Shown: in pieces, positions 50,035-60,574 of the stretch
Numbering within the stretch: the stretch's first letter is position 1
How the letters are laid out: the number at the start of each line of letters is the position of its first letter
Source: Methylophilaceae bacterium
GTDB lineage: Bacteria > Pseudomonadota > Gammaproteobacteria > Burkholderiales > Methylophilaceae
Assembly (NCBI GenBank): GCA_028244835.1
Contig: JAOKBJ010000002.1
Coordinates: forward strand, 12,942 to 76,941
Length of the DNA stretch: 64,000 bases
Direction: 5' to 3'
Program-made: the position numbers and the translations under genes
The notes under the pieces: model-generated
The model's database searches: none
The model's input: only the letters and a program-made list of their open reading frames with translations
Told to the model about the DNA's origin: nothing

Positions 50035-50897
50035 TGGTTATAATTAAAAGAGATTTTTATTTTATTGGTTTTGGAAATATGGCTCAGGCTATTTATCAAA
50101 GAATGGATAAAAAATCCTACAAAAATATTTTTCTCATTGAAAAAAGTAACCAAAGAATAAAAGAAATCAAAGAGATGAGCTTACATTGCTTAGGAAATTT
50201 TAAATTAAGCCCTCAAACTCAAATAATTAAAAAATTAAGTAAGTCTAAACTTCATAGGTTTGATGCTATTTTGTTAGCAGTAAAGCCTGCACAAATAAAA
50301 TCTGTATGCGTGCAATTAAAACCTTTGATAGAAGAAGAGCCATTAATAATTTCTATTGCTGCAGGTGTTAATAGTCTAAAGATTAATCAATATTTAGGTG
50401 GGTATTCTGGGCATAAATTTGTACGAGCAATGCCAAATTTATGTGCTAAAAAAGCTATGGCAATCACTGGTCTTTTTGGAGATTCTGATTGGTATGGGAA
50501 AAAGGGTGGGACAGTATATGGCCAGAGAGTTAATAAAATTTTTACCCCAATTGGACAAGTTTTCTGGGTGGAGCAAGAATCAGACCTTGATTCTGTAACT
50601 GCTATTTCAGGTAGTGGTCCCGCGTACATTTATTACATCATGAATGCAATGATTGATGCTGCTGAGGAGATTGGGTTAAAAAGAAGTGACGCACAAAGAT
50701 TGGTAGCGCAAACCATTATCGGAGCTGGTGAAACAGGGAAAGATATTGATAATCTTGAAAGTGAAATTATTAAGGTCTCCTCAAAAGGTGGTACAACTGA
50801 AAAAGCTATTAGTATTTTCAAACAAAAAAAATTAGATACGATTATTAAGCAGGCAGTAAAAGCTGCACATAAAAGATCTAAAGAGCTCAGTAAGTAG
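50034..50897 (+). CDS. proC: Pyrroline-5-carboxylate reductase
   Basis: [33 protein letters not shown]. Confidence 0.94.
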   Translation: MVIIKRDFYFIGFGNMAQAIYQRMDKKSYKNIFLIEKSNQRIKEIKEMSLHCLGNFKLSPQTQIIKKLSKSKLHRFDAILLAVKPAQIKSVCVQLKPLIEEEPLIISIAAGVNSLKINQYLGGYSGHKFVRAMPNLCAKKAMAITGLFGDSDWYGKKGGTVYGQRVNKIFTPIGQVFWVEQESDLDSVTAISGSGPAYIYYIMNAMIDAAEEIGLKRSDAQRLVAQTIIGAGETGKDIDNLESEIIKVSSKGGTTEKAISIFKQKKLDTIIKQAVKAAHKRSKELSK

Positions 50898-50904
50898 TAA
50901 GGCT

Positions 50905-51996
50905 ATGAAAAAAAATATTGTTGTAGGGCTTTCTGGTGGGGTTGATTCAGCTGTCACTGCTTGGCTTCTCAAGAATCAAGGGTATAAAGTTACTGGTCTT
51001 TTTATGCAAAACTGGGAAGATGATAATGATGATGAATACTGCACTAGTAAACAAGATTTAATTGATGCAGTTTCTGTAGCAGAAAAAATTGGAATTGATA
51101 TTCAAGTCGTAAATTTTGCAAAAGAATACAAAGAAAAAGTATTTTCACTATTTATTAATGGATTAGAAAATGGCATTACTCCTAATCCAGATATTCTGTG
51201 TAACTCAGAAATTAAATTCAATGCTTTTCTTAATCATGCAATTGGTATGGGGGCTGATAAGATAGCAACTGGCCACTATGCAAAAGTTCAAGAAGAAGAA
51301 GGTCTTTTTAAATTACTAAAAGGTGATGATGGAACAAAGGATCAGAGTTATTTTCTTTATAGACTTAATCAGTCACAACTTTCGAGGTCAATATTTCCAC
51401 TCGGTCATTTATTAAAATCTGATGTTAGGAATATAGCAAAGGATAACGGATTACATAACTATGCTAGAAAAGACTCAACTGGTATATGTTTTATTGGTGA
51501 AAGGCCATTTGCCGAATTTCTCAGTGGGTATATTAAAAAAAATCCAGGGGATATTAAAGACTTAAACGGAAATATTCTTGGACAACATGACGGTATTAAT
51601 TTTTATACCATAGGTCAGAGACAAGGTTTAAAAATTGGTGGTATGAGTTCTGGTAATGGGGCACCATGGTTTGTTGTAGATAAAAAAATTAAAAAAAATG
51701 AAGTTATTGTAGGACAGGGGCATGAGCACCCTCTCCTCTTTAAGGATGGTCTAATTGCAAATGACTTTCACTGGATTTTAAATAAAGAACCTAAAACTAA
51801 GTGGGTATACTCAGCTAAAACCCGTTATCGACAGAATGATGACCCATGTGAAATTGATGAAATAAATGATAAAGAATTTAATATAATTTTTGGCCAAAAA
51901 CAAAGGGCCATAACACCAGGGCAGTCAGTTGTGGTATACGAAAGTAATGTTTGCTTAGGTGGAGGAATCATTAAAGAGCCAATTAATCAAGAATAA
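50905..51996 (+). CDS. mnmA: tRNA 2-thiouridine(34) synthase
   Basis: [32 protein letters not shown]. Confidence 0.97.
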   Translation: MKKNIVVGLSGGVDSAVTAWLLKNQGYKVTGLFMQNWEDDNDDEYCTSKQDLIDAVSVAEKIGIDIQVVNFAKEYKEKVFSLFINGLENGITPNPDILCNSEIKFNAFLNHAIGMGADKIATGHYAKVQEEEGLFKLLKGDDGTKDQSYFLYRLNQSQLSRSIFPLGHLLKSDVRNIAKDNGLHNYARKDSTGICFIGERPFAEFLSGYIKKNPGDIKDLNGNILGQHDGINFYTIGQRQGLKIGGMSSGNGAPWFVVDKKIKKNEVIVGQGHEHPLLFKDGLIANDFHWILNKEPKTKWVYSAKTRYRQNDDPCEIDEINDKEFNIIFGQKQRAITPGQSVVVYESNVCLGGGIIKEPINQE

Positions 51997-52000
51997 ATGT

Positions 52001-52867
52001 ATGAACAAAAATACGCAATCAATATTCAATAAAAAACTATTGCTAGTAGCAATTAAGATAAATGTATCCGCTGCTATTGAAGAAGACCTGAAAAATATTG
52101 ATAAAACATCGGACATACTCCCTAAAAAAATCAAAGGGGTCGCCAAAATTTATGTCAAACAAGCTGCAATACTATGTGGGTCTCCATGGGTAGATAATTG
52201 CTTCCATCAAATAGATAAAGATATAAGAATTGTTTGGCACTTCAGTGAAGGTTCCAAAATAAAAACTGGAGACGAAATCTGTACAATTTCAGGTAACTAT
52301 AATCGTATTTTAATGGGCGAACGAATAGCTATAAACTTTCTTCAAACACTTTCTGCAACAGCATCAACTTCTAACCTAATAAATTTAAAAATTAAAAGGT
52401 ACAAAGCTAGGCTATTTGATACAAGAAAAACAATTCCTGGGCTTAGGGTGGCACAAAAATATGCTGTTTATGTAGGCGGAGCATTTAATCAAAGATTCGG
52501 TCTTTATGACAAAGTTTTAATTAAAGAAAATCATATAAAATCAATTGGGAGCGTTTCCCAAATCCTGAAAATAGCTAAAAAAAAATACTCTCTAAAAGAT
52601 GTTCAAATTGAGGTTGAGAATCTTAAAGAGTTTAAAGAGGCAATAGATTTAGGTGCCACAAATATTTTATTAGACAATTTTTCACTGAAAGAGCTCACCA
52701 AAGCAGTCCAAATTAATAAAAAGAAAGCTGTACTAGAAGCATCTGGTGATATTGATATTAATAATGTTATTGATTTCGCAAAAACTAAGGTGGATAGAAT
52801 TTCAATAGGTGCCCTCACAAAAAATATTAAAGCAGTAGATTTTTCTATGTCAATTAGGATTAAATAG
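52001..52867 (+). CDS. nadC: Nicotinate-nucleotide diphosphorylase (carboxylating)
   Basis: DTRKTIPGLR, LIKENHI, EVE, LLDNF, EASG; start approximate. Confidence 0.94.
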   Translation: MNKNTQSIFNKKLLLVAIKINVSAAIEEDLKNIDKTSDILPKKIKGVAKIYVKQAAILCGSPWVDNCFHQIDKDIRIVWHFSEGSKIKTGDEICTISGNYNRILMGERIAINFLQTLSATASTSNLINLKIKRYKARLFDTRKTIPGLRVAQKYAVYVGGAFNQRFGLYDKVLIKENHIKSIGSVSQILKIAKKKYSLKDVQIEVENLKEFKEAIDLGATNILLDNFSLKELTKAVQINKKKAVLEASGDIDINNVIDFAKTKVDRISIGALTKNIKAVDFSMSIRIK

Positions 52868-52878
52868 CTTAGTTAAGC

Positions 52879-52908
52879 TTGACGAGAGCCTTGCATAAAG
52901 GGTATTGT
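52879..52908 (+). promoter_or_regulatory. Putative sigma70 promoter of the ilv operon
   Basis: TTGACG-18 bp-TATTGT. Confidence 0.55.
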
Positions 52909-52937
52909 AGAGCCTTTATGAAATCTTAATTTAATTA

Positions 52938-54659
52938 ATGAAACCTGAAATTATCACTGGCGCTGAAATTACCATTCGCTCATTACAAGAAGAAAATGTT
53001 GAGTTCGTTTTTGGCTACCCTGGGGGTGCTGTATTAAATATTTACGATGCTATTCATCAACAAACTGTATTCAAACATGTCTTAGTTCGCCATGAGCAGG
53101 CAGCTGTTCATGCTGCAGATGCATTTTCGAGAGCTACAGGAAGGGTAGGTGTTGCTTTAGTTACATCTGGTCCAGGCGCTACAAACGCTGTGACGGGAAT
53201 TGCTACTGCTCATATGGACTCAATACCAATAGTTATTATAAGTGGGCAGGTTCCAACTCATGCTATTGGCTCAGATGCCTTCCAAGAATGTGACACTGTA
53301 GGGATTACAAGACCCTGCGTTAAACATAATTTCTTAGTTAAAGATGTTAACAAAATTGCGAGCACAATTAAAAAAGCATTTTTTATTGCCTCTACAGGTC
53401 GGCCTGGTCCTGTTTTGGTCGATATCCCAAAGGATATTACCACTGAAACCGCTGAATTTATCTACCCAAAAACTATTGATATGCGGTCTTATAATCCTGT
53501 TGTAAAGGGGCATTCAGGTCAAATTAGCAAAGCTATTGATCTTCTTATTAACGCTAAAAAACCTATGGTGTATTCTGGAGGTGGTGCAGTTCTTGGTGAT
53601 GCAGCAAAATCTCTAACAAAATTAGTTAAAAAATTAGATCTTCCAATTACCAATACCTTGATGGGTCTTGGGGGCTTTCCTGCATCAGATCAAAATTTTC
53701 TTGGTATGCTTGGAATGCATGGGACTTATCAAGCCAATATGGCTATGCAAGAATGTGATGTCTTATTAGCGGTTGGGGCTCGTTTTGATGATCGAGTAAT
53801 TAGCAATCCTGAGCACTTCTTAAAGAACCCAAAAAAAATTATTCATGTTGATATTGACCCTGCTTCTATTTCTAAACGAGTTAAAATAGATATTCCTATC
53901 GTTGGAGATGTTGATTTAGTTTTAATTGATCTTCTAAAAGCCTATCAAGAAGTTGAAAAAAATCATAACAAAAAACTTATCTCCCCATGGATGGAAAAAA
54001 TAAAAGATTGGAGTGATACTGACTGTATGGCCTATAAAGATGATGGCTCGGTCATAAAGCCACAGTTAGTTGTTCAAAAATTACATGAAGTGACTAAAGG
54101 AGATGCATTTATTACATCTGACGTTGGTCAACATCAAATGTGGGCTGCTCAATATTACCCTTTTGATAAGCCTAGAAGGTGGATTAATTCTGGCGGGCTC
54201 GGAACCATGGGGGTTGGTTTACCATACGCAATGGGATGTCAGCTTGCTTTTCCTGAATCACAAGTTGCTTGTGTCACAGGTGAAGCTTCAATTCAAATGT
54301 GTATTCAAGAGCTTTCTACTTGTAAACAATACAATCTTCCAATTAAGATCATTACTCTAAATAATCGTTACATGGGAATGGTTAGGCAGTGGCAAGAATT
54401 TTTCTACGGAAATAGATATGCTGAGTCATATGTGGATGCCCTTCCTGACTTTATTAAACTTGCAGAATCTTATGGGCATGTTGGTATGAAAATAGAAAAA
54501 TCTTCAGATGTGGAAGGTGCTTTAAAAGAAGCCTTTAGCCCAAAACTTAAAGAACGTTTAGTATTTATGGATTTTATAACTGATCAAACTGAAAATGTAT
54601 TTCCAATGATCCCAAGCGGTAAAGGACTTTCTGAAATGATTTTAGCTAAGGATGAATAA
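52938..54659 (+). CDS. ilvI: Acetolactate synthase large subunit
   Basis: FGYPGGAV, RHEQ, DVGQHQMW, GMVRQWQ. Confidence 0.95.
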   Translation: MKPEIITGAEITIRSLQEENVEFVFGYPGGAVLNIYDAIHQQTVFKHVLVRHEQAAVHAADAFSRATGRVGVALVTSGPGATNAVTGIATAHMDSIPIVIISGQVPTHAIGSDAFQECDTVGITRPCVKHNFLVKDVNKIASTIKKAFFIASTGRPGPVLVDIPKDITTETAEFIYPKTIDMRSYNPVVKGHSGQISKAIDLLINAKKPMVYSGGGAVLGDAAKSLTKLVKKLDLPITNTLMGLGGFPASDQNFLGMLGMHGTYQANMAMQECDVLLAVGARFDDRVISNPEHFLKNPKKIIHVDIDPASISKRVKIDIPIVGDVDLVLIDLLKAYQEVEKNHNKKLISPWMEKIKDWSDTDCMAYKDDGSVIKPQLVVQKLHEVTKGDAFITSDVGQHQMWAAQYYPFDKPRRWINSGGLGTMGVGLPYAMGCQLAFPESQVACVTGEASIQMCIQELSTCKQYNLPIKIITLNNRYMGMVRQWQEFFYGNRYAESYVDALPDFIKLAESYGHVGMKIEKSSDVEGALKEAFSPKLKERLVFMDFITDQTENVFPMIPSGKGLSEMILAKDE

Positions 54660-55151
54660 ATGAGGCATATAATTTCACTTTTGATGGAGAACGAATCAGG
54701 GGCACTTTCACGCGTTTCTGGATTATTTTCAGCTAGAGGATATAATATCGAATCACTGAATGTTGCTCCAACAGAAGATGAAACTTTGTCAAGAATGACT
54801 ATCGTAACTAGTGGTTCAAATGAAGTTATTGAACAAATAATTAAGCAATTAAATAAACTTATCGATGTTGTAAAAGTTCTTGATCTAAACGATGGTAGAC
54901 ATATTGAGCGAGAATTAATGATAGTAAAGGTGAAAGCTACAAATAAATATAGAGATGAAGTAAAAAGAATAAGTGACACATTTGGTGGAAGAATTATTGA
55001 AATTGCTGAAACAACATTTACAATTGAACTTACGGGTCCATCTAGCGAGCTAGATGGTTATCTTGATAGTTTAGATAAGGCAGCAATAATTGAAACTGTT
55101 AGAACTGGAGCATTAGGAATTGGTCGCGGAGACAGAATACTTAAAATATAA
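54660..55151 (+). CDS. ilvH: Acetolactate synthase small subunit
   Basis: ENESGALSRVSGLFSARGYNIESL ACT domain. Confidence 0.95.
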   Translation: MRHIISLLMENESGALSRVSGLFSARGYNIESLNVAPTEDETLSRMTIVTSGSNEVIEQIIKQLNKLIDVVKVLDLNDGRHIERELMIVKVKATNKYRDEVKRISDTFGGRIIEIAETTFTIELTGPSSELDGYLDSLDKAAIIETVRTGALGIGRGDRILKI

Positions 55152-55158
55152 TATTTAA

Positions 55159-56166
<1,008 letters not shown>

Positions 56167-56811
56167 TTGAAAACCAATCTCACCTATCCAATCATAGCTA
56201 AAGAAGGCTGGTTATTTCTTGGTCTTTCAATTGCCGCCAGCTTTGCTACGAGTCTTTGGTGTTTATCAGCATCAATTCCTCTATGGATAATATCTTTATT
56301 TATTTTGCAATTTTTCCGAGATCCAATTCGACCAATACCTCAAGATAAGAATTTGATAGTATCAGCCGCGGATGGGCGTGTTATTTCAATTGAAAAAACG
56401 ATTGATCCCTATAAAAAAAGAAAAGCAATAAAAGTTAGTGTGTTCATGAATGTTTTTAATGTTCACTCAAATAAATCTCCAGTTTCTGGGTCGATCATTA
56501 AAAAATGGTATTTTCCTGGGAAATTTTTTAATGCTTCTTTATCCAAAGCATCTTCAGAAAATGAACGTTGTGCACTGTTGATAGAAACAGAAGATAAAAA
56601 ATTGATAACCTGTGTCCAGATTGCTGGGCTAATTGCTCGTAGAATTTTATGCTATAAAGAAGTCGGCGGAATTCTATTAAAAGGAGAGCGATATGGCTTT
56701 ATTAGATTTGGATCGCGAGTAGACTTATATTTGCCAGAAAATGCAAAAATTAAAGTAAGCCTTGGACAAAAAGTTAAAAGTTGCCAATCAATAATAGCTG
56801 CATTGTATTAG
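56167..56811 (+). CDS. psd: Phosphatidylserine decarboxylase proenzyme (short type)
   Basis: [20 protein letters not shown] cleavage motif. Confidence 0.94.
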   Translation: MKTNLTYPIIAKEGWLFLGLSIAASFATSLWCLSASIPLWIISLFILQFFRDPIRPIPQDKNLIVSAADGRVISIEKTIDPYKKRKAIKVSVFMNVFNVHSNKSPVSGSIIKKWYFPGKFFNASLSKASSENERCALLIETEDKKLITCVQIAGLIARRILCYKEVGGILLKGERYGFIRFGSRVDLYLPENAKIKVSLGQKVKSCQSIIAALY

Positions 56812-57284
56812 TCTTTAGGAAGATGGACTGATAATTCAGACAATGCTTTCTCATAAACTTCACGTTTAAAATCAATAACTTGGTCTAGTGGAGACCAAAA
56901 ATCATCCCACCGCCACGAATCAAATTCTGGGTTTTTAGAATTTGTTAGAAAAATGTCAGACTCTTTACCAATAAACTTTAATAAAAACCATATCTGTTTT
57001 TGTCCTTTATAGCGAGTGGAGCCATCACGACTCACCCATTGCCTTGGAACGTCATACCTTAGCCAGTTCTTTGTTTGTGCAATAATTTCTACATGCTCTG
57101 GGCCTAGACCAACCTCCTCCATTAATTCACGATACATTGCCTCTGCATGACTTTCTCCTTTATTTATTCCTCCTTGGGGAAATTGCCAAGCATCCTCAGC
57201 CACTCTTTTGGCCCATAAAACCTTGTTGATATTGTTTAAAATCACAATACCAACATTTGGTCTATACCCTTCCTTATCTATCAT
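56808..57284 (-). CDS. rppH: RNA pyrophosphohydrolase
   Basis: [27 protein letters not shown] Nudix box, GQKQIWF; start 57284. Confidence 0.95.
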   Translation of the reverse strand: MIDKEGYRPNVGIVILNNINKVLWAKRVAEDAWQFPQGGINKGESHAEAMYRELMEEVGLGPEHVEIIAQTKNWLRYDVPRQWVSRDGSTRYKGQKQIWFLLKFIGKESDIFLTNSKNPEFDSWRWDDFWSPLDQVIDFKREVYEKALSELSVHLPKD

Positions 57285-57350
57285 AATGTTATCCTTAACG
57301 TATACTCTATTTTTCCACAAATAAAAATTTATTAAAAGCTTGATTTTTAT

Positions 57351-58307
57351 ATGATCAATCGAAATAAAAAAATTATTGTAATTTTACTAATAAGCTTTCT
57401 TTTATCATTAATTTATTTTTACAGTAACCATCACAAATCTAATCCTAAAGCTTATATAACTAACCAAGGGAATAATACTGTCTCTGTAGTCGACCTTATT
57501 GCTCTTGAGGTAATAAAAACAATAAAAGTTGGTATTGCACCACTTGGCATTACAATTTTAAATAAAAAAAATCTTGCATTCATAGGGAACGTTGGAACTG
57601 ATGATATTTCTGTAATTGATACACGTACAGATCAGATTATTAAAACAATCAAATTAAATACAGCTCCATTAAGCATAACTTCAAACCCTGATGAATCTAA
57701 AGTTTATGTAACTGACTGGTTTAAAAATAATGTTTTAATTATATCGGTTGATGAGATGAAAGTAATTGAATCCATTAAGGTTGGAAAAACTCCATCAGGA
57801 ATTACTTTCAATGAAAAATATAATTATCTAATAATTACAAATAGGGACTCTAATACGATGGAGGTATACAAAGAAAATAAGTTAATCAATAGTTTAAGTA
57901 CAGGAAAGCATCCATTTGGAGTTCACACTAAAGGGCAATATGCTTACACCGCAAATGTATACGATGATTCAATAACAATTATTAATCTCGAAGATTGGAC
58001 AACTAAAATAATTAAAGTAGGTGCACATCCTTACAATATATTAACTCACCAAAATCTTGGCTTTGTAACAAATACGGTTGATGACTCGTTGAGCATTATT
58101 GACCTAAAAATCGGTAAAGAAATAAAACAAATATACACTGGCGAAACTCCTGAAAACTTAGATGTTCATCGAAAATTAAATTTACTCGTAGTTACAAATT
58201 GGGGAAGCGATTCAATTTCTGTGTATTCTCTTAAAAATTTAAAGCTAATAAAAGAAATTAAAACAGGCGCACAAAGCCGATCTTTTGGTGAATTTATACT
58301 ACAGTAA
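57351..58307 (+). CDS. YVTN/YncE beta-propeller, MxaE-like
   Basis: N-terminal TM/signal; repeated AYITN/VYVTD/SV.VID..IKVG..P units; adjacent to MxaD-like gene. Confidence 0.8.
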   Translation: MINRNKKIIVILLISFLLSLIYFYSNHHKSNPKAYITNQGNNTVSVVDLIALEVIKTIKVGIAPLGITILNKKNLAFIGNVGTDDISVIDTRTDQIIKTIKLNTAPLSITSNPDESKVYVTDWFKNNVLIISVDEMKVIESIKVGKTPSGITFNEKYNYLIITNRDSNTMEVYKENKLINSLSTGKHPFGVHTKGQYAYTANVYDDSITIINLEDWTTKIIKVGAHPYNILTHQNLGFVTNTVDDSLSIIDLKIGKEIKQIYTGETPENLDVHRKLNLLVVTNWGSDSISVYSLKNLKLIKEIKTGAQSRSFGEFILQ

Positions 58308-58359
58308 AGTTTTTATAGTAATATGTTCAATTGATTTTAACTAACGAAGGATTTACCAA

Positions 58360-58794
58360 ATGAGAAAATTTATTTTAGCTCTAATAGCACTAGTGTTTTC
58401 TATGTCAGTTTTTGCTCATGGGCCAACGCCTCAGAAAGTTCAGGAATCAATCACTGTAAATATTCCGCCTGCTAAAGCATGGTCAGTTGTAAAAAATTTC
58501 ACGGACTTTAACAAGATTATGAAAACAAGGTCTTTTGATGATGAGATAATGAAAATAAAATATGAGATGTTAAAAAAAGATGGTCCTTTTTCTGATTACA
58601 ACGCTTATATTATTGTAAAAAAAGGTGCTAATGATAATGAGTCAGTTATTCAATGGACTGCAAGATTTTATAGAACATATAAACTAAATCCTCCAATTCC
58701 AGAAGGGCAAGATGATGCAACTGCCGTTGCAGCTGTTAAAAAAATAGTTGAGCCAGGACTTGTTAGTCTAAAAAAAGCTCTGCAATCAAAATAA
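58360..58794 (+). CDS. Exported SRPBCC family protein, MxaD-like
   Basis: Signal peptide ending VFA, then HGPTPQKV; W.ARFYR...DD.TAV C-terminus. Confidence 0.82.
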   Translation: MRKFILALIALVFSMSVFAHGPTPQKVQESITVNIPPAKAWSVVKNFTDFNKIMKTRSFDDEIMKIKYEMLKKDGPFSDYNAYIIVKKGANDNESVIQWTARFYRTYKLNPPIPEGQDDATAVAAVKKIVEPGLVSLKKALQSK

Positions 58795-58808
58795 CTTATT
58801 ATCCATCT

Positions 58809-58837
58809 AAAGGCGGATTTTTACATCCGCTTTTTTT
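58809..58837 (+). terminator. Intrinsic terminator after MxaD-like gene
   Basis: gcggat-ttttac-atccgc followed by 7 T. Confidence 0.82.
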
Positions 58838-59467
58838 ATGATTACAATTAACCCACAAAAAAAACCTAAAGCAATCGTAATATGGCTTCATGGTCTAGGT
58901 GCAGACGAAAATGACTTTGTGCCATTTATAAAAAGTCTAGAACTAGGTAATATTGAATTTATTCTGCCTAATGCTCCCTTAAGACCAATAACTATGAACC
59001 AAGGTATTTCAATGAGAGGATGGTACGATATCAAAGGCAAACACGAATCTCTTAATTTTTCTTATCAGGATGAGAGTGGCTTAAGAAAATCTAAAGACCT
59101 CATTGAAGCTATAATCAAAAAAAGATGTGCACTAGGTAGCTCCAACTTTAAAGTATTTATTGGAGGCTTTTCTCAAGGGGCGGCCTTATCATTGTTCACT
59201 GGGCTATCATCAAATCTTAAAATTAGTGGGATTATTGCACTATCTGGCTACCTGCCAAAAAACATAAAGCATTCAAGTCCTGAAGATCCACCAATAATTG
59301 CAATTCATGGTGAGGGTGATGATATCATTACTATAGATATAGCTAAAAATAGTTATTTAGAAATTCAGAAATCTGAAGATTTCTTATTTAAATCCTATAA
59401 TATTGCTCACGAGGTAATCTATGAGGAAATTATAGATGTTAAAAACTTTTTAATTAAGAATATATAA
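58838..59467 (+). CDS. Phospholipase/carboxylesterase (alpha/beta hydrolase)
   Basis: WLHGLGAD, GWYDI, GFSQG, HG..D, H triad. Confidence 0.92.
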   Translation: MITINPQKKPKAIVIWLHGLGADENDFVPFIKSLELGNIEFILPNAPLRPITMNQGISMRGWYDIKGKHESLNFSYQDESGLRKSKDLIEAIIKKRCALGSSNFKVFIGGFSQGAALSLFTGLSSNLKISGIIALSGYLPKNIKHSSPEDPPIIAIHGEGDDIITIDIAKNSYLEIQKSEDFLFKSYNIAHEVIYEEIIDVKNFLIKNI

Positions 59468-59469
59468 TC

Positions 59470-59691
59470 ATGGCTAAAAAAAATATAAATATAGAAAAAC
59501 TATTAAAAGAGTTGGAATCTATTGTTGTAAAAATGGAAGATGATAGTCTAAATCTAGAAGACTCGCTAGAGTCATATGAAAAAGGAATAGCTCTTGTTAA
59601 GTCTGCTCAAGAATCGCTAAATAAAATTGAGCAGCGTGTTCAAATTCTTTCTCAAAAAAATGAATTAGAAGATTTTAAACCTGATGACTGA
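59470..59691 (+). CDS. xseB: Exodeoxyribonuclease VII small subunit
   Basis: ELESIV.KME, LEDSLESYEKG, EQRV; upstream of ispA. Confidence 0.93.
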   Translation: MAKKNINIEKLLKELESIVVKMEDDSLNLEDSLESYEKGIALVKSAQESLNKIEQRVQILSQKNELEDFKPDD

Positions 59692-60574
59692 AGATTTTAG
59701 CGTGTGGGTTAATTCACATCATAAAAGAATAGAAGATTTCATGATACGAATTTTAAAGGAGGAGTCTTCTAATTCCTTAATTCATGATGTATGTATTCAT
59801 GGTTCTGTAAATGGTGGGAAGAGATTTCGAGCCTTACTAAGCTATGCAATTGGTGAAATCACGCAAACTGATAAATTAATTATTGATCATATTGCTTCAT
59901 CTATAGAATTCATTCACGCATACTCTCTAATCCATGATGACCTTCCAGCAATGGATAATGATGATTTAAGACGAGGAAAACCAACATGTCATATAAAATT
60001 CAACGAAGCTCAAGCTATTCTTGCTGGAGACGGCCTTCAATCTTTAGCCTTTCATATACTTTCGTTACCTAGCTTCTTAATTGATAATCAAAAAAAGCTG
60101 AGGTTAATCAACTCTCTGTCAAACACAATAGGGATAAATGGTATGGTAAAAGGGCAATCTTTAGATATTGAAAATACATTAAAAATTGGTGAAATTAAAG
60201 GCTTGGAGAAATTACAAGAATTAAAAACAGGGTTACTATTTAATTTCATTGGGACAGCAACATACCTTGTATCCAATAATTATTCTGAAAAATTAAATAT
60301 AAAAATTACTAATTTATGTGCGCTTTTAGGGAAAGTTTATCAAATAACAGATGATATTCTCGACTATGAATCTAATGATAAAGTTTTAGGTAAAACTAGT
60401 GGCAAAGATAGAAAAGATAATAAGCTTACATACGTTTCCCTTCTAGGTATCAAAGAGGCAAAAAAAATTAATAGCAAGTACTTTGATGACATCAATAAAA
60501 TAATTAATTCAATCTCTGGAAATACTATATTTTTAAATGAATTAATTTTGAAAATTTATCAAAGAGCTCACTAA
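59684..60574 (+). CDS. ispA: Farnesyl diphosphate synthase
   Basis: GGKRFR, SLIHDDLPAMDNDDLRRG, QITDDILD. Confidence 0.94.
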   Translation: MTEDFSVWVNSHHKRIEDFMIRILKEESSNSLIHDVCIHGSVNGGKRFRALLSYAIGEITQTDKLIIDHIASSIEFIHAYSLIHDDLPAMDNDDLRRGKPTCHIKFNEAQAILAGDGLQSLAFHILSLPSFLIDNQKKLRLINSLSNTIGINGMVKGQSLDIENTLKIGEIKGLEKLQELKTGLLFNFIGTATYLVSNNYSEKLNIKITNLCALLGKVYQITDDILDYESNDKVLGKTSGKDRKDNKLTYVSLLGIKEAKKINSKYFDDINKIINSISGNTIFLNELILKIYQRAH

